Part shown: positions 18,550-28,444 of the stretch, piece after piece
How positions within the stretch are numbered: the first letter of the stretch is position 1
Layout of the letters: every line of letters starts with the position of its first letter
Origin: an uncultured virus (IMG/VR IMGVR_UViG_3300050821_011071)
Lineage: Duplodnaviria; Heunggongvirae; Uroviricota; Caudoviricetes
Reading direction: 5' to 3' (one strand)
Virus record (IMG/VR): IMGVR_UViG_3300050821_011071
DNA length: 64,000 bases
Made by a program: the position numbers and the translations under genes
Notes under the pieces: model-generated
The model's database searches: none
What the model was told of the DNA's origin: nothing
What the model saw: the letters and a program-made list of their open reading frames with translations, nothing else

Positions 18550-21500
18550 TGGCCGAACAAAACGGCATCACACAGCAAACCCCCGACCAAGCTGCACCGG
18601 ATTTGTCCGGTATCCAATTGGATATGAGCAAGTCAACTCCGGTCGCCGCACCAGACCAAGCTGCACCGGATTTGTCCGGTATCCAATTGGATATGAGCAA
18701 GTCAACTCCGGTCGCTGCGCAACCAGCACCCAAAGAAGGCTGGTTTCACGCCAACGTTACCGGCCCGATTGCGGACGTCGCAAAAAGATTCAAAGACGCC
18801 GTGTTGGAAGGTGAGGGTCCGGGATTCCTTCCTTACGATATCAATCAATATTTTAACCCGACTCCGCCACCAGCGGCAGCGACCGATGAAGAAGCGGCGG
18901 CTCGTTTGAAGGCAAGAAACGCCGCGGTCAACCCGACCGAAATCCAGCGCGAACGAGACACCATCGATAAGATGCGCGCGGACTCTCATATCGAGCAAAG
19001 AAACGCAAAGATATATGCGAACGGTGGAGAAGCTAAGTTAATCTCCCCAGAGAAGTTTTTGAACGCAGACGAAAGAAAGCAATACCCGTACGCGTACGGA
19101 ATCCTGCGCGCAGTTGGCGGCTTGACCACTCAGGACAACGCTGAGATTATGATAGGTTCTCAGGGCCTTGGATTCTTCGGCGAAGCCGCGGCATCATCCC
19201 CGGCGCTAGGCGCGCTCGGGAATGCGGTAGCCAAGTTGCCGCGCGTTGTTTCGGCTTACTTTGCTGGAAGCATGGCTAAAGGGCTGGTACAAAGCATCCC
19301 GGGACTGGTCGACGCTAAAAGACAATACGACGCCGCCGTGTCCGCGGGAGACCAGACTAAGGCCGACCAGATTCTCCAAGAAGCAAAAGAGAACGCGGCG
19401 GAGTTTGGCACGAACGCTTACTTCACGTATGCTGCGGCTCACCACGCTTCCACCGGCCACCCGGACCCAATCGCAAAGACGGTCTCGGACGCCGTAAAAG
19501 ATACGACGCAGTACGCGGCTGAAAAAGGCGTCGAAGCTCTTCGTAATGTGCCGGATGCCGCTCGCGCTACAGTAGCTGGCGCTAAGTCCGCCGCTGGTTG
19601 GACCGCTGATAAGCTCGGGCCCGCCATTGGAAGAACTAACGACTTCCAGACCGCGATAGCTCGCGCCGCCAAGATTACACCTAAGCAATCAGTGGCGATG
19701 AAGCAAAAGATTGGCGACGCCGCGGAAGACCTGCAAGCAATCGCTAACGCAAATCCGGACATCGAAGGGCCGAAGGAATTTGCTGATAAGATTCGTACTC
19801 AGAATCAATCAAATGAAGCAACGCTGCAAGCGGAAGCCGGAGCCACCAAGGATTCTACCGAGCCGGTCGTTCCGAACGCCGAAGGCCGCATCCGTACGCG
19901 CCTAGATAAGTATTTCGACGGCGTCAAAGGATTGTTCGCCGCGGAAGATGTCGAGAAGGCAAAGCAATCCGTGTTAGACCACTTTTTACAGCGCGATGAC
20001 GCAGGCACAGATGCAAGCGGCAATCCACAATACACGACCCGCGTCCCGAACTTGTACGAAGCCGAGAATGTTCGTCAAGGATTGAACCGAATAACGAAGC
20101 CGCAATTTGCTACGAATGCCCAACCTACCACGGACGCCTTCAAGGCCGCCGCACTAGAAGCTGCGAACGAAACTCGCAGCATGATTGACGAAGCGTACGA
20201 GAAGAGAAACGTCGGCAACGTAAAAGAAACTCGCTCAAAGGAAGCCAAATTAATCGACATCGCGGATGCGCTGGAAGCCGCCCAAGACAAAGCTGATAAG
20301 ATGGGCGAAGGCACCGTCTTCCGCAGCTTGATGAAGAAAATTGGCGTTCCATCGACCGTGATTGCGATTGCACTCGGTCATCCGGTTAGCGGAGCTGCAA
20401 TAGGAGCTGCTGTACTCGGCGACCAGATTTCTCAAAATTTGACCAATCCGAACGTCAACGTGCAGCGCGCGCTAGACATAGCCGCGAAGAATCCGAACGC
20501 CAAGGCAACCGGGTTAACCGATTTGACCCCGGCGGCGGGAGCGCCACCAGCCCCGGCCACACCTCCTGTAAACCACAAGCTTTATGCTGCCTTGTCTTCT
20601 CATTACGGCAAGTTGATTGGTTCCGTGCCATTCGATGAATTGGAAGAACGCTTCGCCACGGATATACAAAAGGCCACCGAGCAAGGGAAAGTTACACCGG
20701 AACAAAAACAACTCTTGCAAAAGATGAACGAGGCTAAGTCCGACCAGCGCGTTCAAGCGGAAGAGCAGCAAAAGGCAGAACAGCAAAAAGCCGCCGACAA
20801 AGCGGCCAAGGATGCCGAGAAACAAGCTGCGGAACAACAAAAGATTGCTGACGAAAAGCAGAAGTTGCTCGACGAGCGAAAAGAGAAGGAAGAAAAAGAA
20901 CAGCAAAAGACCGCTGACAACGTAGTTAAGGAACTCGCGGATAAAGAGAAGGAAGATTTAAAGGCTAAGGAAAATCCCGAGAAGGAACCGAAGCCAAAAC
21001 CAGCCGGTCGCCAAAGCTTGATTGGCAAACTAACCAGAGTCGTTCATGGGCCGGAAGACGCATTCGCGGACCAGCGTTTGCAAAGAACTCCTGCGCGAGC
21101 CTTATACGGTCACTCAGATGAGTCGGCGATGGGCCATGAATGGGGGCATGTAGCTCGTTCAGTTATGGAGGGGTTGAAGTCCGGAGATATCTCTAGCCAC
21201 CTGCACCCGGATTCTCAACCGACTACAGAGGGCGGGGCCCCAGCATTCGGTGGAGTAGAACGCACCTCGCGTCCGCTCGTTGAGCACGAAGACGTCGTTA
21301 GCAAATATACTCCTGAACAAGTTGTAGAAGATGCTCGGAAGCACGTTCGCGCCAATATGGCCGGAGCGGTAGTTAACGAGCTTATTCACGGCATTCCGAT
21401 TGATGCTAATGCGGGCTTGCATACTGATATGGCCCAATCCAGACAGTGGTTAACGGATGCTGGATTGACCGACGCACAAGCCGAAGTCGAAATCCAGAAC

Positions 21501-24500
21501 GCAATCAATCAGGTGCGTGAAGATTTCCAGAAACATCCTCAAATTTTAGACGCTATTCGCGAGAACTCGCAAGTACGCGAGCGCGGGCTAGACTCTACAT
21601 TACACGCTTCCAAGGAACGCGTGAAGAATTTTGAAAACCACATAAGGGAGATTATCGATGCGAACGAGAACGACGGACATGATGGACAGGGTAATCGCGG
21701 CAACGAAAAAGAACCTAACGCCAGAGTTCAAGGAAAAAATGAGAAAGCTGGTGGCGAAGCAGCAAGCAGTGAAGGCGAAGGGAAAGTAAAGCCGGGCCGT
21801 GCCGCGGTTAGCGGCACTGCGGAAGCGGGCCCACAAGGCGGCCACGCTGGCGGCGGAGTAGCATCTGAAGAGGAGCTCGCGCGTCCGGGACGCTTCGTAA
21901 AGGTCTCGCGCTCTGGCGCACCTACGGACCAAGGCAAGACCCCAGACTTCAACTTGCGCCCGGGCGAAGCCGGGTATCAGGTTACTGAGGAAGGACCGAA
22001 GCACGTTGCGGGAGAAGAGTCTGCGGTTACGAAACGCGGAGCCGCAGCGTATCACAAAGAAGTGTTCGGACGCGCCAACTTGCGCGGCGAAAAGAGCGGA
22101 GATAATATAAGTGTAGCTGAAAAGAAACTGCGAGCAGAGTACGGAGTAGAAAAAGCGGCGGATGTAGATGGGCACGACGATGATAGTAAATTTGTTTATC
22201 CGAACGGAGATGTGCTAAAAATTAATGGTGGACCATTCGGAGAAAATGACATCGCTCACGCAGATATCGAATCAAATCAGGCTGCTCGTAAAATAGGTAT
22301 GGTTCGAATTATTAGCTCTCCTTCGGGTCTTAACGTAGAGTTAAAAAGTCGCCCAACAGAACAACAAATATCCACTATAGCTCGAATGGCGAAAAATGAT
22401 GGAAGTTTGTATTTTGATTTCATAGGAAAGCCGGAGTTATCTAAAAAAGGTTCTGTCGGCGATTTTCAAAGAGCGGTCGACAAGGCTTTTCCAGAAAACA
22501 AACGCGTTAACTTACGCGGGACCCCGCCAGAAAAGACCACGGGCTCGCCGGAGACTGACGAAGCTATTCGCGCTGGCGGCGGAGTACCGGGCGGAAAGTT
22601 CGGCGACCTCGCTATGTTCCACCACCCGAACGGAACTACGCTTGCGTTGCGCCCAGAGGGTATTACGCCGGAGAGTGTACGCGAACACATTGGCAAGAAG
22701 ACCGAGGAATATACGCAAGGCGATTTGCGTAATACCGCGCGCAGCATCAACCCGGACTTTAATCCAGCGCCGGTTCAACCTGACCCGCGCGAAAGCGAAA
22801 TCGCAGATGCTTACAAGGCCGCGAAGCACGAGCCGAATAACCCGGCTGTCAAGGCATCTTACGATGCATTAAAGCGTGACATTGATTCCCAGTATGATAA
22901 GCTTAAAGGCATGGGCTTCAAGCTTGAAACTGCGAAAGAAAACCCGTACGGCTTGAGTTCAGAGATTCCGGCGCACGAAGAACTTCACAGAGACGTGCTT
23001 CGTAACAAGCATTTAGCGGTTTGGGAAGGTGGCGCACCACCTGCGGACCACCCGCTCAGCGAGCGTGACCCGAAGACTGGTTTGACTTACAACGACAAAT
23101 TCCGCATGGTGCACGATGTGTTCGGGCACGCCGCGGAGCGCACAGACTTCAGCCCAGCCGGAGAAGAGTCGGCTTGGAACCTGCACCGCCAGCTATTCAG
23201 CCCCGAGGCTCGACCGGCGCTAGCGACCGAAACCCGCGGGCAAGCTGCGTACACTTATAAGTACGGCGATTTCCCGCCTCAAAAGGCAACTATCCTGCCC
23301 GAGCATTTGCAAGTTCGTCCGGAAGACCTTGGTAAGCGCACAGAGTTGCGTGGAGCCACTCAGGAAGCTCCCTTGCGCGGTGGAGAAGTTCTTGACCGTA
23401 TGCGCAAAGGCATCGGCGAAACTGAAGATGCTAGCGGTGTGAAAGGTGGCGCAAGCTTCATCACCCCGGAAGGAACATTTATTCATCTCCCGGGCGGCGG
23501 CCATCACCCGGATGCGATTGAGTTTTATGGCGGTCCAAAAGCCGAAGGCGAGACTCGCCCAGAGTTCATGGAAGAGTCGGGCGCTATCCGTGTACGTCAA
23601 AGTAACGGGCGCGCGGGCCAAACTTTGCAAGTCAGCGTTCCGGCGCAAGGTGTCAATGAAGCGCAAGCTGATGCTATCAAGCGTGCGGTCGCTACGATGG
23701 GTCGTACCGGTAATATGTACCTTGAGCGCGGCGACGTAAAACCAGAAACCAAGGACCAATTAACAGTTCACAAAGAGTTCGTTTCTCCGGCGGATGTCGA
23801 CGGGATGCTGCGCAAGATTGACGCATACCCAGACAAGAACGCTGTCCCGAACGACTCTATCCTCGGCGACCAGCAAAAGCGCACTGAGCTCCGCGGAGCT
23901 GCGGTAACACCGAAAGAAGCGGAGGACATGAGAGCAAAAGCAATAGAATTGCGTTCTCAAGCGGGGCGTATCCGCCCGGGGCAAAAGAGAATTTCCTTAG
24001 TTGAAGAAGCCGACCGTCTGAACAAAGAAGCAGACGAAGGTGAAAAAATTCATTTAGACAAATTAATGGGCCGAACAGAGCCCGAGTGGCACGAAAAAGT
24101 AGCTGCGCGAGTTCCGAATGAACCGGCTGGCGGAGTCGACCCGTACACGGGCGAGAGCGAAAAGGAAGGCTTTGGTACCGAACTGGTTCCGGAAGCTCGT
24201 CGACCATTAGACCATCCGCCGACAGCACAAGACTTCAAAGATTATCGTGACCAACACGAGCACCTTTTCCAAACCCACCCCGAGCTTAAGGTCGGCTGGG
24301 ACACGCTCGGTCAGAGACCGGAACTAAACGTTGCCGCGACCGGCCCGAATGCCGAAGAGGTTGCGCGTAAGCTTGACCAGCGCTCAGCGTACGACATCGC
24401 AAATAGAAAAGAAATTCCAACCGGCGGCAAAGGCGAGCAAACCCAGTTTCCGGATTATCCAATCGAACAACGCTTGGCGGATTTGAAGAAAGAGCCCGCG

Positions 24501-26474
24501 GGTCGTTCTGAACTTCGCGGCAAAGAATCTGCAGAAGAAGCGTCCAAGAAATTAGGAAAAGGGTTGAGCGAAGATTTCGAAATTATACCCCGAGGTCAGG
24601 CGTCTCCGGGAGCGTTTGAAAATAAGCGTCCTTTTCTTTTAGGAGACGGTTCTATTCTCGCGAATAAAGAAGGCTACGGAGCGGCGGGAACAGAGCACCG
24701 AGATATTGTTGATGCGGTAAGCTCAGATGCTTTAAAAAATGCGAACGCAATTAGAATTCGTAGCCAGAACAACATCGAGATATTTGGAAAACCGACAGAA
24801 GCTCAGATGCGTGAAATTTCTCGTATGTATAAAGAAGGCGGCGCGGAAGGCATGTTGTGGGATTTTAGTACTCCCGGGAAGAAGTATGTTGCTGGTTCCG
24901 GAGCTAAAACATTCAAAACCGGAAGCGGCTCATTAGCGGACTTTATTCGCGATGTACACGAGACATATCCTGAGCGGTTAGAGCTGCGCGGCAAGCCCAA
25001 GGATTCGACCGAAGTCCATCCAATCGGGTCGAGCGTCGGCCTGCGTACTAACCCATTGCCTTTGAAGCCATCCACCGAGACCGGCGTTCCGTCGACCGTC
25101 GATGTCGCGATGGCGCTTAACAAGTTCACCAAGAAACAACTTCCTGCGCTCCAACTAGGCAAGGCGGAGCCGCAAGAAATGATTGACCGCGCGAAGTCGC
25201 TGGCCGAAGACGAGGCCAAGTATCAGCTCGCCCAGAACAATACCGGGGCGGCGTGGTACACGACTCAGATGGCCGACCACGACCGAATCCTCCAAGGTAT
25301 CCGTCCAGAGCTCAAGGACCCGGCCAAGTTGAGTATCTTCAAGATGGCCGAGGCTATCTTAAGCTCGGGCCAAAAACCATATCAAAACTTGAAGACCAAT
25401 ATGCGCGCATGGGACCAGTATCAGGAAACCGGGAAATTCAGCCCGACTAATCCCGACACAGGCCAGTCTTGGGGCCCCAGAGGCATCCCAGCGTACGGAA
25501 ACGCGTTCCAGTCTCTCAACCGCTTGATAGCCGAGAAAGGCGAGCAGGGAGCCTCTGATTGGCTCTTGGGCGACCACACGGTCAAAGAGCTGAAGGAATA
25601 CAACGATAATGTGGCCGGTAAGGCCGATGACGTGGTTCCGGGGGCTTACATCCTCGGGCCGAAGCGCGGTCCATTTGCGCAAAATTTACACGGTAAGGAA
25701 TCAGCCTTTACTGCCGATATGTGGGTAGCTCGTACGTGGAACCGTTGGATGGGGACCGCTGAAGTCGCCCCGGACGGCGAGCTTTACACTGACCGCCCGC
25801 GCTCCGGGCGTGAACGCGAGCTGATGAAGAAGTCGTTCTCAGAGACCGCGGATAAGCTTGGGATGACCACGAGCAGTTTACAAGCCGTCTTGTGGTACTA
25901 TGAACAAGCGCTTTATTCAGCCCATGGGTCTGCGAAGGAATCGTGGAGCTTTTCGGATGCTGCCCAGCGAATCGCCGACGATGAGAACTCAAGCTTCAAT
26001 TTCGGACATAATCGTAGCGAACTCCGTGGCGCAGAACCGCAAGCTGCGGCTCCCGCGACTCAAACATATTCTGTACCAGCGGGTTGGACGCCAAACGGCC
26101 CAACGAAAGCACCCGGTCTCTTGGCTCCCGGCAACATTAACTTGACCACACGTCCGATTGTGAAGAACGACGACGGTACTCAGAGTAGCGAATACTCAAC
26201 ATCCTTCCAAGACGACAAGGGCCGCGAAGTCTTGGTCCCGACAGTTGTTAATGGAAAGTTTTTGACCCCGGACGGGAAGAAACCAAAGCCGGGAAGCGCG
26301 GAAGAGGAAGCAATGTTCCAAAAGGCTTGGCAACACTACGAACAAACTGGCGAGCATCTGGGTATTTATGATAACGCCGCGCACGCAAATGCCGCAGCCG
26401 ACCAGATTCACAACCGCCCGAGAGTACCAGAAAAGGCAAAATCAGGGCTTGACATTCTTGCGGGGAAGAGGTAG
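18549..26474 (+). CDS. Giant modular ejection/polyvalent protein (2641 aa)
   Basis: Position after the other ejection genes; HEWGH zincin-like motif; HDVFGH...ETRGQ module; WY...DMW...LQAVLW module; recurring RxELRG linkers. Confidence 0.75.
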   Translation: MAEQNGITQQTPDQAAPDLSGIQLDMSKSTPVAAPDQAAPDLSGIQLDMSKSTPVAAQPAPKEGWFHANVTGPIADVAKRFKDAVLEGEGPGFLPYDINQYFNPTPPPAAATDEEAAARLKARNAAVNPTEIQRERDTIDKMRADSHIEQRNAKIYANGGEAKLISPEKFLNADERKQYPYAYGILRAVGGLTTQDNAEIMIGSQGLGFFGEAAASSPALGALGNAVAKLPRVVSAYFAGSMAKGLVQSIPGLVDAKRQYDAAVSAGDQTKADQILQEAKENAAEFGTNAYFTYAAAHHASTGHPDPIAKTVSDAVKDTTQYAAEKGVEALRNVPDAARATVAGAKSAAGWTADKLGPAIGRTNDFQTAIARAAKITPKQSVAMKQKIGDAAEDLQAIANANPDIEGPKEFADKIRTQNQSNEATLQAEAGATKDSTEPVVPNAEGRIRTRLDKYFDGVKGLFAAEDVEKAKQSVLDHFLQRDDAGTDASGNPQYTTRVPNLYEAENVRQGLNRITKPQFATNAQPTTDAFKAAALEAANETRSMIDEAYEKRNVGNVKETRSKEAKLIDIADALEAAQDKADKMGEGTVFRSLMKKIGVPSTVIAIALGHPVSGAAIGAAVLGDQISQNLTNPNVNVQRALDIAAKNPNAKATGLTDLTPAAGAPPAPATPPVNHKLYAALSSHYGKLIGSVPFDELEERFATDIQKATEQGKVTPEQKQLLQKMNEAKSDQRVQAEEQQKAEQQKAADKAAKDAEKQAAEQQKIADEKQKLLDERKEKEEKEQQKTADNVVKELADKEKEDLKAKENPEKEPKPKPAGRQSLIGKLTRVVHGPEDAFADQRLQRTPARALYGHSDESAMGHEWGHVARSVMEGLKSGDISSHLHPDSQPTTEGGAPAFGGVERTSRPLVEHEDVVSKYTPEQVVEDARKHVRANMAGAVVNELIHGIPIDANAGLHTDMAQSRQWLTDAGLTDAQAEVEIQNAINQVREDFQKHPQILDAIRENSQVRERGLDSTLHASKERVKNFENHIREIIDANENDGHDGQGNRGNEKEPNARVQGKNEKAGGEAASSEGEGKVKPGRAAVSGTAEAGPQGGHAGGGVASEEELARPGRFVKVSRSGAPTDQGKTPDFNLRPGEAGYQVTEEGPKHVAGEESAVTKRGAAAYHKEVFGRANLRGEKSGDNISVAEKKLRAEYGVEKAADVDGHDDDSKFVYPNGDVLKINGGPFGENDIAHADIESNQAARKIGMVRIISSPSGLNVELKSRPTEQQISTIARMAKNDGSLYFDFIGKPELSKKGSVGDFQRAVDKAFPENKRVNLRGTPPEKTTGSPETDEAIRAGGGVPGGKFGDLAMFHHPNGTTLALRPEGITPESVREHIGKKTEEYTQGDLRNTARSINPDFNPAPVQPDPRESEIADAYKAAKHEPNNPAVKASYDALKRDIDSQYDKLKGMGFKLETAKENPYGLSSEIPAHEELHRDVLRNKHLAVWEGGAPPADHPLSERDPKTGLTYNDKFRMVHDVFGHAAERTDFSPAGEESAWNLHRQLFSPEARPALATETRGQAAYTYKYGDFPPQKATILPEHLQVRPEDLGKRTELRGATQEAPLRGGEVLDRMRKGIGETEDASGVKGGASFITPEGTFIHLPGGGHHPDAIEFYGGPKAEGETRPEFMEESGAIRVRQSNGRAGQTLQVSVPAQGVNEAQADAIKRAVATMGRTGNMYLERGDVKPETKDQLTVHKEFVSPADVDGMLRKIDAYPDKNAVPNDSILGDQQKRTELRGAAVTPKEAEDMRAKAIELRSQAGRIRPGQKRISLVEEADRLNKEADEGEKIHLDKLMGRTEPEWHEKVAARVPNEPAGGVDPYTGESEKEGFGTELVPEARRPLDHPPTAQDFKDYRDQHEHLFQTHPELKVGWDTLGQRPELNVAATGPNAEEVARKLDQRSAYDIANRKEIPTGGKGEQTQFPDYPIEQRLADLKKEPAGRSELRGKESAEEASKKLGKGLSEDFEIIPRGQASPGAFENKRPFLLGDGSILANKEGYGAAGTEHRDIVDAVSSDALKNANAIRIRSQNNIEIFGKPTEAQMREISRMYKEGGAEGMLWDFSTPGKKYVAGSGAKTFKTGSGSLADFIRDVHETYPERLELRGKPKDSTEVHPIGSSVGLRTNPLPLKPSTETGVPSTVDVAMALNKFTKKQLPALQLGKAEPQEMIDRAKSLAEDEAKYQLAQNNTGAAWYTTQMADHDRILQGIRPELKDPAKLSIFKMAEAILSSGQKPYQNLKTNMRAWDQYQETGKFSPTNPDTGQSWGPRGIPAYGNAFQSLNRLIAEKGEQGASDWLLGDHTVKELKEYNDNVAGKADDVVPGAYILGPKRGPFAQNLHGKESAFTADMWVARTWNRWMGTAEVAPDGELYTDRPRSGRERELMKKSFSETADKLGMTTSSLQAVLWYYEQALYSAHGSAKESWSFSDAAQRIADDENSSFNFGHNRSELRGAEPQAAAPATQTYSVPAGWTPNGPTKAPGLLAPGNINLTTRPIVKNDDGTQSSEYSTSFQDDKGREVLVPTVVNGKFLTPDGKKPKPGSAEEEAMFQKAWQHYEQTGEHLGIYDNAAHANAAADQIHNRPRVPEKAKSGLDILAGKR
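18585..18715 (+). repeat. Tandem duplication with 69-nt period (62 nt identical; 23 aa PDQAAPDLSGIQLDMSKSTPVAA)
   Basis: 18585-18646 is identical to 18654-18715. Confidence 0.95.
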
Positions 26475-26477
26475 GAT
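26449..26477 (+). promoter_or_regulatory. Promoter TTGACA-N17-TAGGAT overlapping the stop of the giant gene
   Basis: Exact hexamers; the TAG of the -10 box is the stop codon at 26472-26474. Confidence 0.7.
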
Positions 26478-26654
26478 ATGAGCGTGGACAAGAAGATTAC
26501 ACCTAGCGACCTTCGTGACGAGGCTGAGCGCTTGATAGCTGCGGGCAAGATGCCGCCGCTTGAAGAAGTGCTCAAACACGTCGCCGACGCTCGCGAAAAG
26601 TATGCTCCACAAATCAAAAGTTCAAGGGAGAATGTCGATGGGGAGAACAATTAA
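26478..26654 (+). CDS. Small hypothetical protein (about 58 aa, MSVDKKITPSDLR...)
   Basis: Open frame right after the promoter; GTG 26484 is a possible leaderless start. Confidence 0.45.
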   Translation: MSVDKKITPSDLRDEAERLIAAGKMPPLEEVLKHVADAREKYAPQIKSSRENVDGENN

Positions 26655-26743
26655 CGGCGGCGGAGACCAGCTTGCTCGCGGAGCAGCCCGCGCGACCTTC
26701 CGTCAGCCCAATGTCAGCAAGAAGAAATATCAGGAGGCCGTAG

Positions 26744-27529
26744 GTGACTTCAATCTCGAAAGATTCCTCCGTGGTGGTGATGCCGACGGCTCATCGTCCG
26801 GAAGTGCTAGCGTGGAGCCTTCAACGCCTAGCGCGCGCAAAGAACGTACCAAGCGTTAAGATTTACTTAGACCGGGTCGGGCTCCATCGTCTTGACGAGG
26901 TGGAGTACGTCCGGGACCGCTATTACCCCCTCGCCGATATCCATTATGCCGCCGAGCACCCAGCGTGCACGAGCGGAACGTGGAACATTCTCAATTCAAT
27001 GAAAGCCGGATATGATACTGGCGCGGAGCATGTGTTCATCGTCGAAGAAGACGTGATGATGACACCAAACTTCATGGAGCGTCATCAGCAAGTTTTTGAC
27101 TCCGGCGACTATCTGGCTACCTGCGGTCGACGCATCCCGGCATTCTTTGAGCGCTATGGCGATTTATACACTAACCCGGGCTCTTGCTTGACCCGCGAGC
27201 TCCTCTCCCATGTCATTCCCCACATCAACGACCGCTACTTCCAAGACACCGGCGGATACATTCGCAAGACCTTCGGGCACGAACCATTCAACAGTTCACT
27301 TGACGATGGGCTTATCCGGATGGTTGTTCGCGAGCTGGGCGGGAAGTGCGGGTACCCAGATACGCCAATTTGCGCGCACCAAGGATTCACTTGGTACGAC
27401 GAGATTGATATTTATTCGAATCACGAGGGGACGCTGCAAGAGAGGATTGACAAGTTCGGAGTTATCGCAGCCACCACCAAACCTACCGACCGTTATGCGG
27501 GCGACTTCGAACCGTTTAATCCCTTTTGA
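26744..27529 (+). CDS. GT-A fold glycosyltransferase (261 aa; start may be about 26780)
   Basis: VVVMPTAHRPE start, IYLD, and VFIVEEDV (DxD-like) motif. Confidence 0.7.
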   Translation: MTSISKDSSVVVMPTAHRPEVLAWSLQRLARAKNVPSVKIYLDRVGLHRLDEVEYVRDRYYPLADIHYAAEHPACTSGTWNILNSMKAGYDTGAEHVFIVEEDVMMTPNFMERHQQVFDSGDYLATCGRRIPAFFERYGDLYTNPGSCLTRELLSHVIPHINDRYFQDTGGYIRKTFGHEPFNSSLDDGLIRMVVRELGGKCGYPDTPICAHQGFTWYDEIDIYSNHEGTLQERIDKFGVIAATTKPTDRYAGDFEPFNPF

Positions 27530-27723
27530 ATCATTTCGCCTAAAATCTTCAACCCCGGCCTATATCCTTCAACCCTATCCTCAGACATCCGCTCAAGCTG
27601 TTCGATAACAATTTCTTCCATTTCTAACAAAGTCTTAAGCTTCTCTGCCGACATTACTTCTGCGGCTTTTACAAAGGTGGACTGAGATGGTCTGCGAAGA
27701 TGCCCAAAGTAATCTTCTACCAT
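27493..27723 (-). CDS. Hypothetical protein (76 aa)
   Basis: AGGT-type RBS; last gene of the minus arm, converging with the plus arm. Confidence 0.5.
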   Translation of the reverse strand: MVEDYFGHLRRPSQSTFVKAAEVMSAEKLKTLLEMEEIVIEQLERMSEDRVEGYRPGLKILGEMIQKGLNGSKSPA

Positions 27724-27811
27724 TATTACCTACCTATGATTGAAAACAATGCTAGGAGTCCGAAAACGATTCCACAAAAGGCGAGCACGATTGCTCCTCT
27801 GACCCCGCGGC

Positions 27812-28393
27812 TCATGCTACCGCTTCTTGAAGCCGGTTGGCTACCGTGGATTTAGATACGCCCAAAATGAAAGCGATTTTGCGCACGGAGAGCTTTTGGC
27901 CGCGGAGCTCAGCTAGTCGGGAGAAATCGACCGCGACCGGGCGGTTCCCGAGCACTACACCGCGCTCACGAGCCATCGCAAGCCCCGCTTTGGTACGTTG
28001 GCTGATGCGCTTCTTCTCCTCGACGGCCATCACAGCTTTGAAACTTATAAAGACCTCGTTCAATGGGTTGGTGGTATCAAGATATTGCTCTTCGTGAGAC
28101 TTGTACCCGACCCCGAGCTCAGCGAACTCACGGAGGCGGCGGAGGGTCCACTCGGTGCCTTCGCGGGAGAGCCGGTCCAGCGACCAAAAGAGGATGAGCT
28201 CGAACTCGTGGCGACCAGCCGCTTGAAACATTTCATCGAACGCCGGTCGCGCGTGAGAGCCGCCGGTAATCACGTCTTCGTACTCGTGGACGATAATCCA
28301 GCCCTGCTTCACGGCAAAGGCGCGCAGGATAGCGAGCTGATTTTCGGCGTCTTGTTTCTCAGTGCTGACTCGGGAGTAGATTGCGATTTTCAT
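27812..28393 (-). CDS. Serine recombinase, resolvase/invertase family, with C-terminal HTH (193 aa)
   Basis: YSRVST catalytic motif; LDRLSR; E...ISQRTKAGL..AR..G..LG; HTH LSVRKIAFILGVSKSTV. Confidence 0.92.
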   Translation of the reverse strand: MKIAIYSRVSTEKQDAENQLAILRAFAVKQGWIIVHEYEDVITGGSHARPAFDEMFQAAGRHEFELILFWSLDRLSREGTEWTLRRLREFAELGVGYKSHEEQYLDTTNPLNEVFISFKAVMAVEEKKRISQRTKAGLAMARERGVVLGNRPVAVDFSRLAELRGQKLSVRKIAFILGVSKSTVANRLQEAVA

Positions 28394-28402
28394 AATGATT
28401 GA

Positions 28403-28431
28403 ATCCTACCAGAGAACCGGAAGGATGTCAA
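28403..28431 (-). promoter_or_regulatory. Promoter TTGACA-N17-TAGGAT for the resolvase
   Basis: Exact hexamers; 9 nt to the ATG; no SD. Confidence 0.7.
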
Positions 28432-28444
28432 TAGTACCAAAGTA

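Noticed and set aside
1514..26650. Many long antisense ORFs in the virion arm (e.g. 1514..2335, 21600..22175)
   Set aside because: Shadows of the + strand genes caused by codon bias; no motifs.
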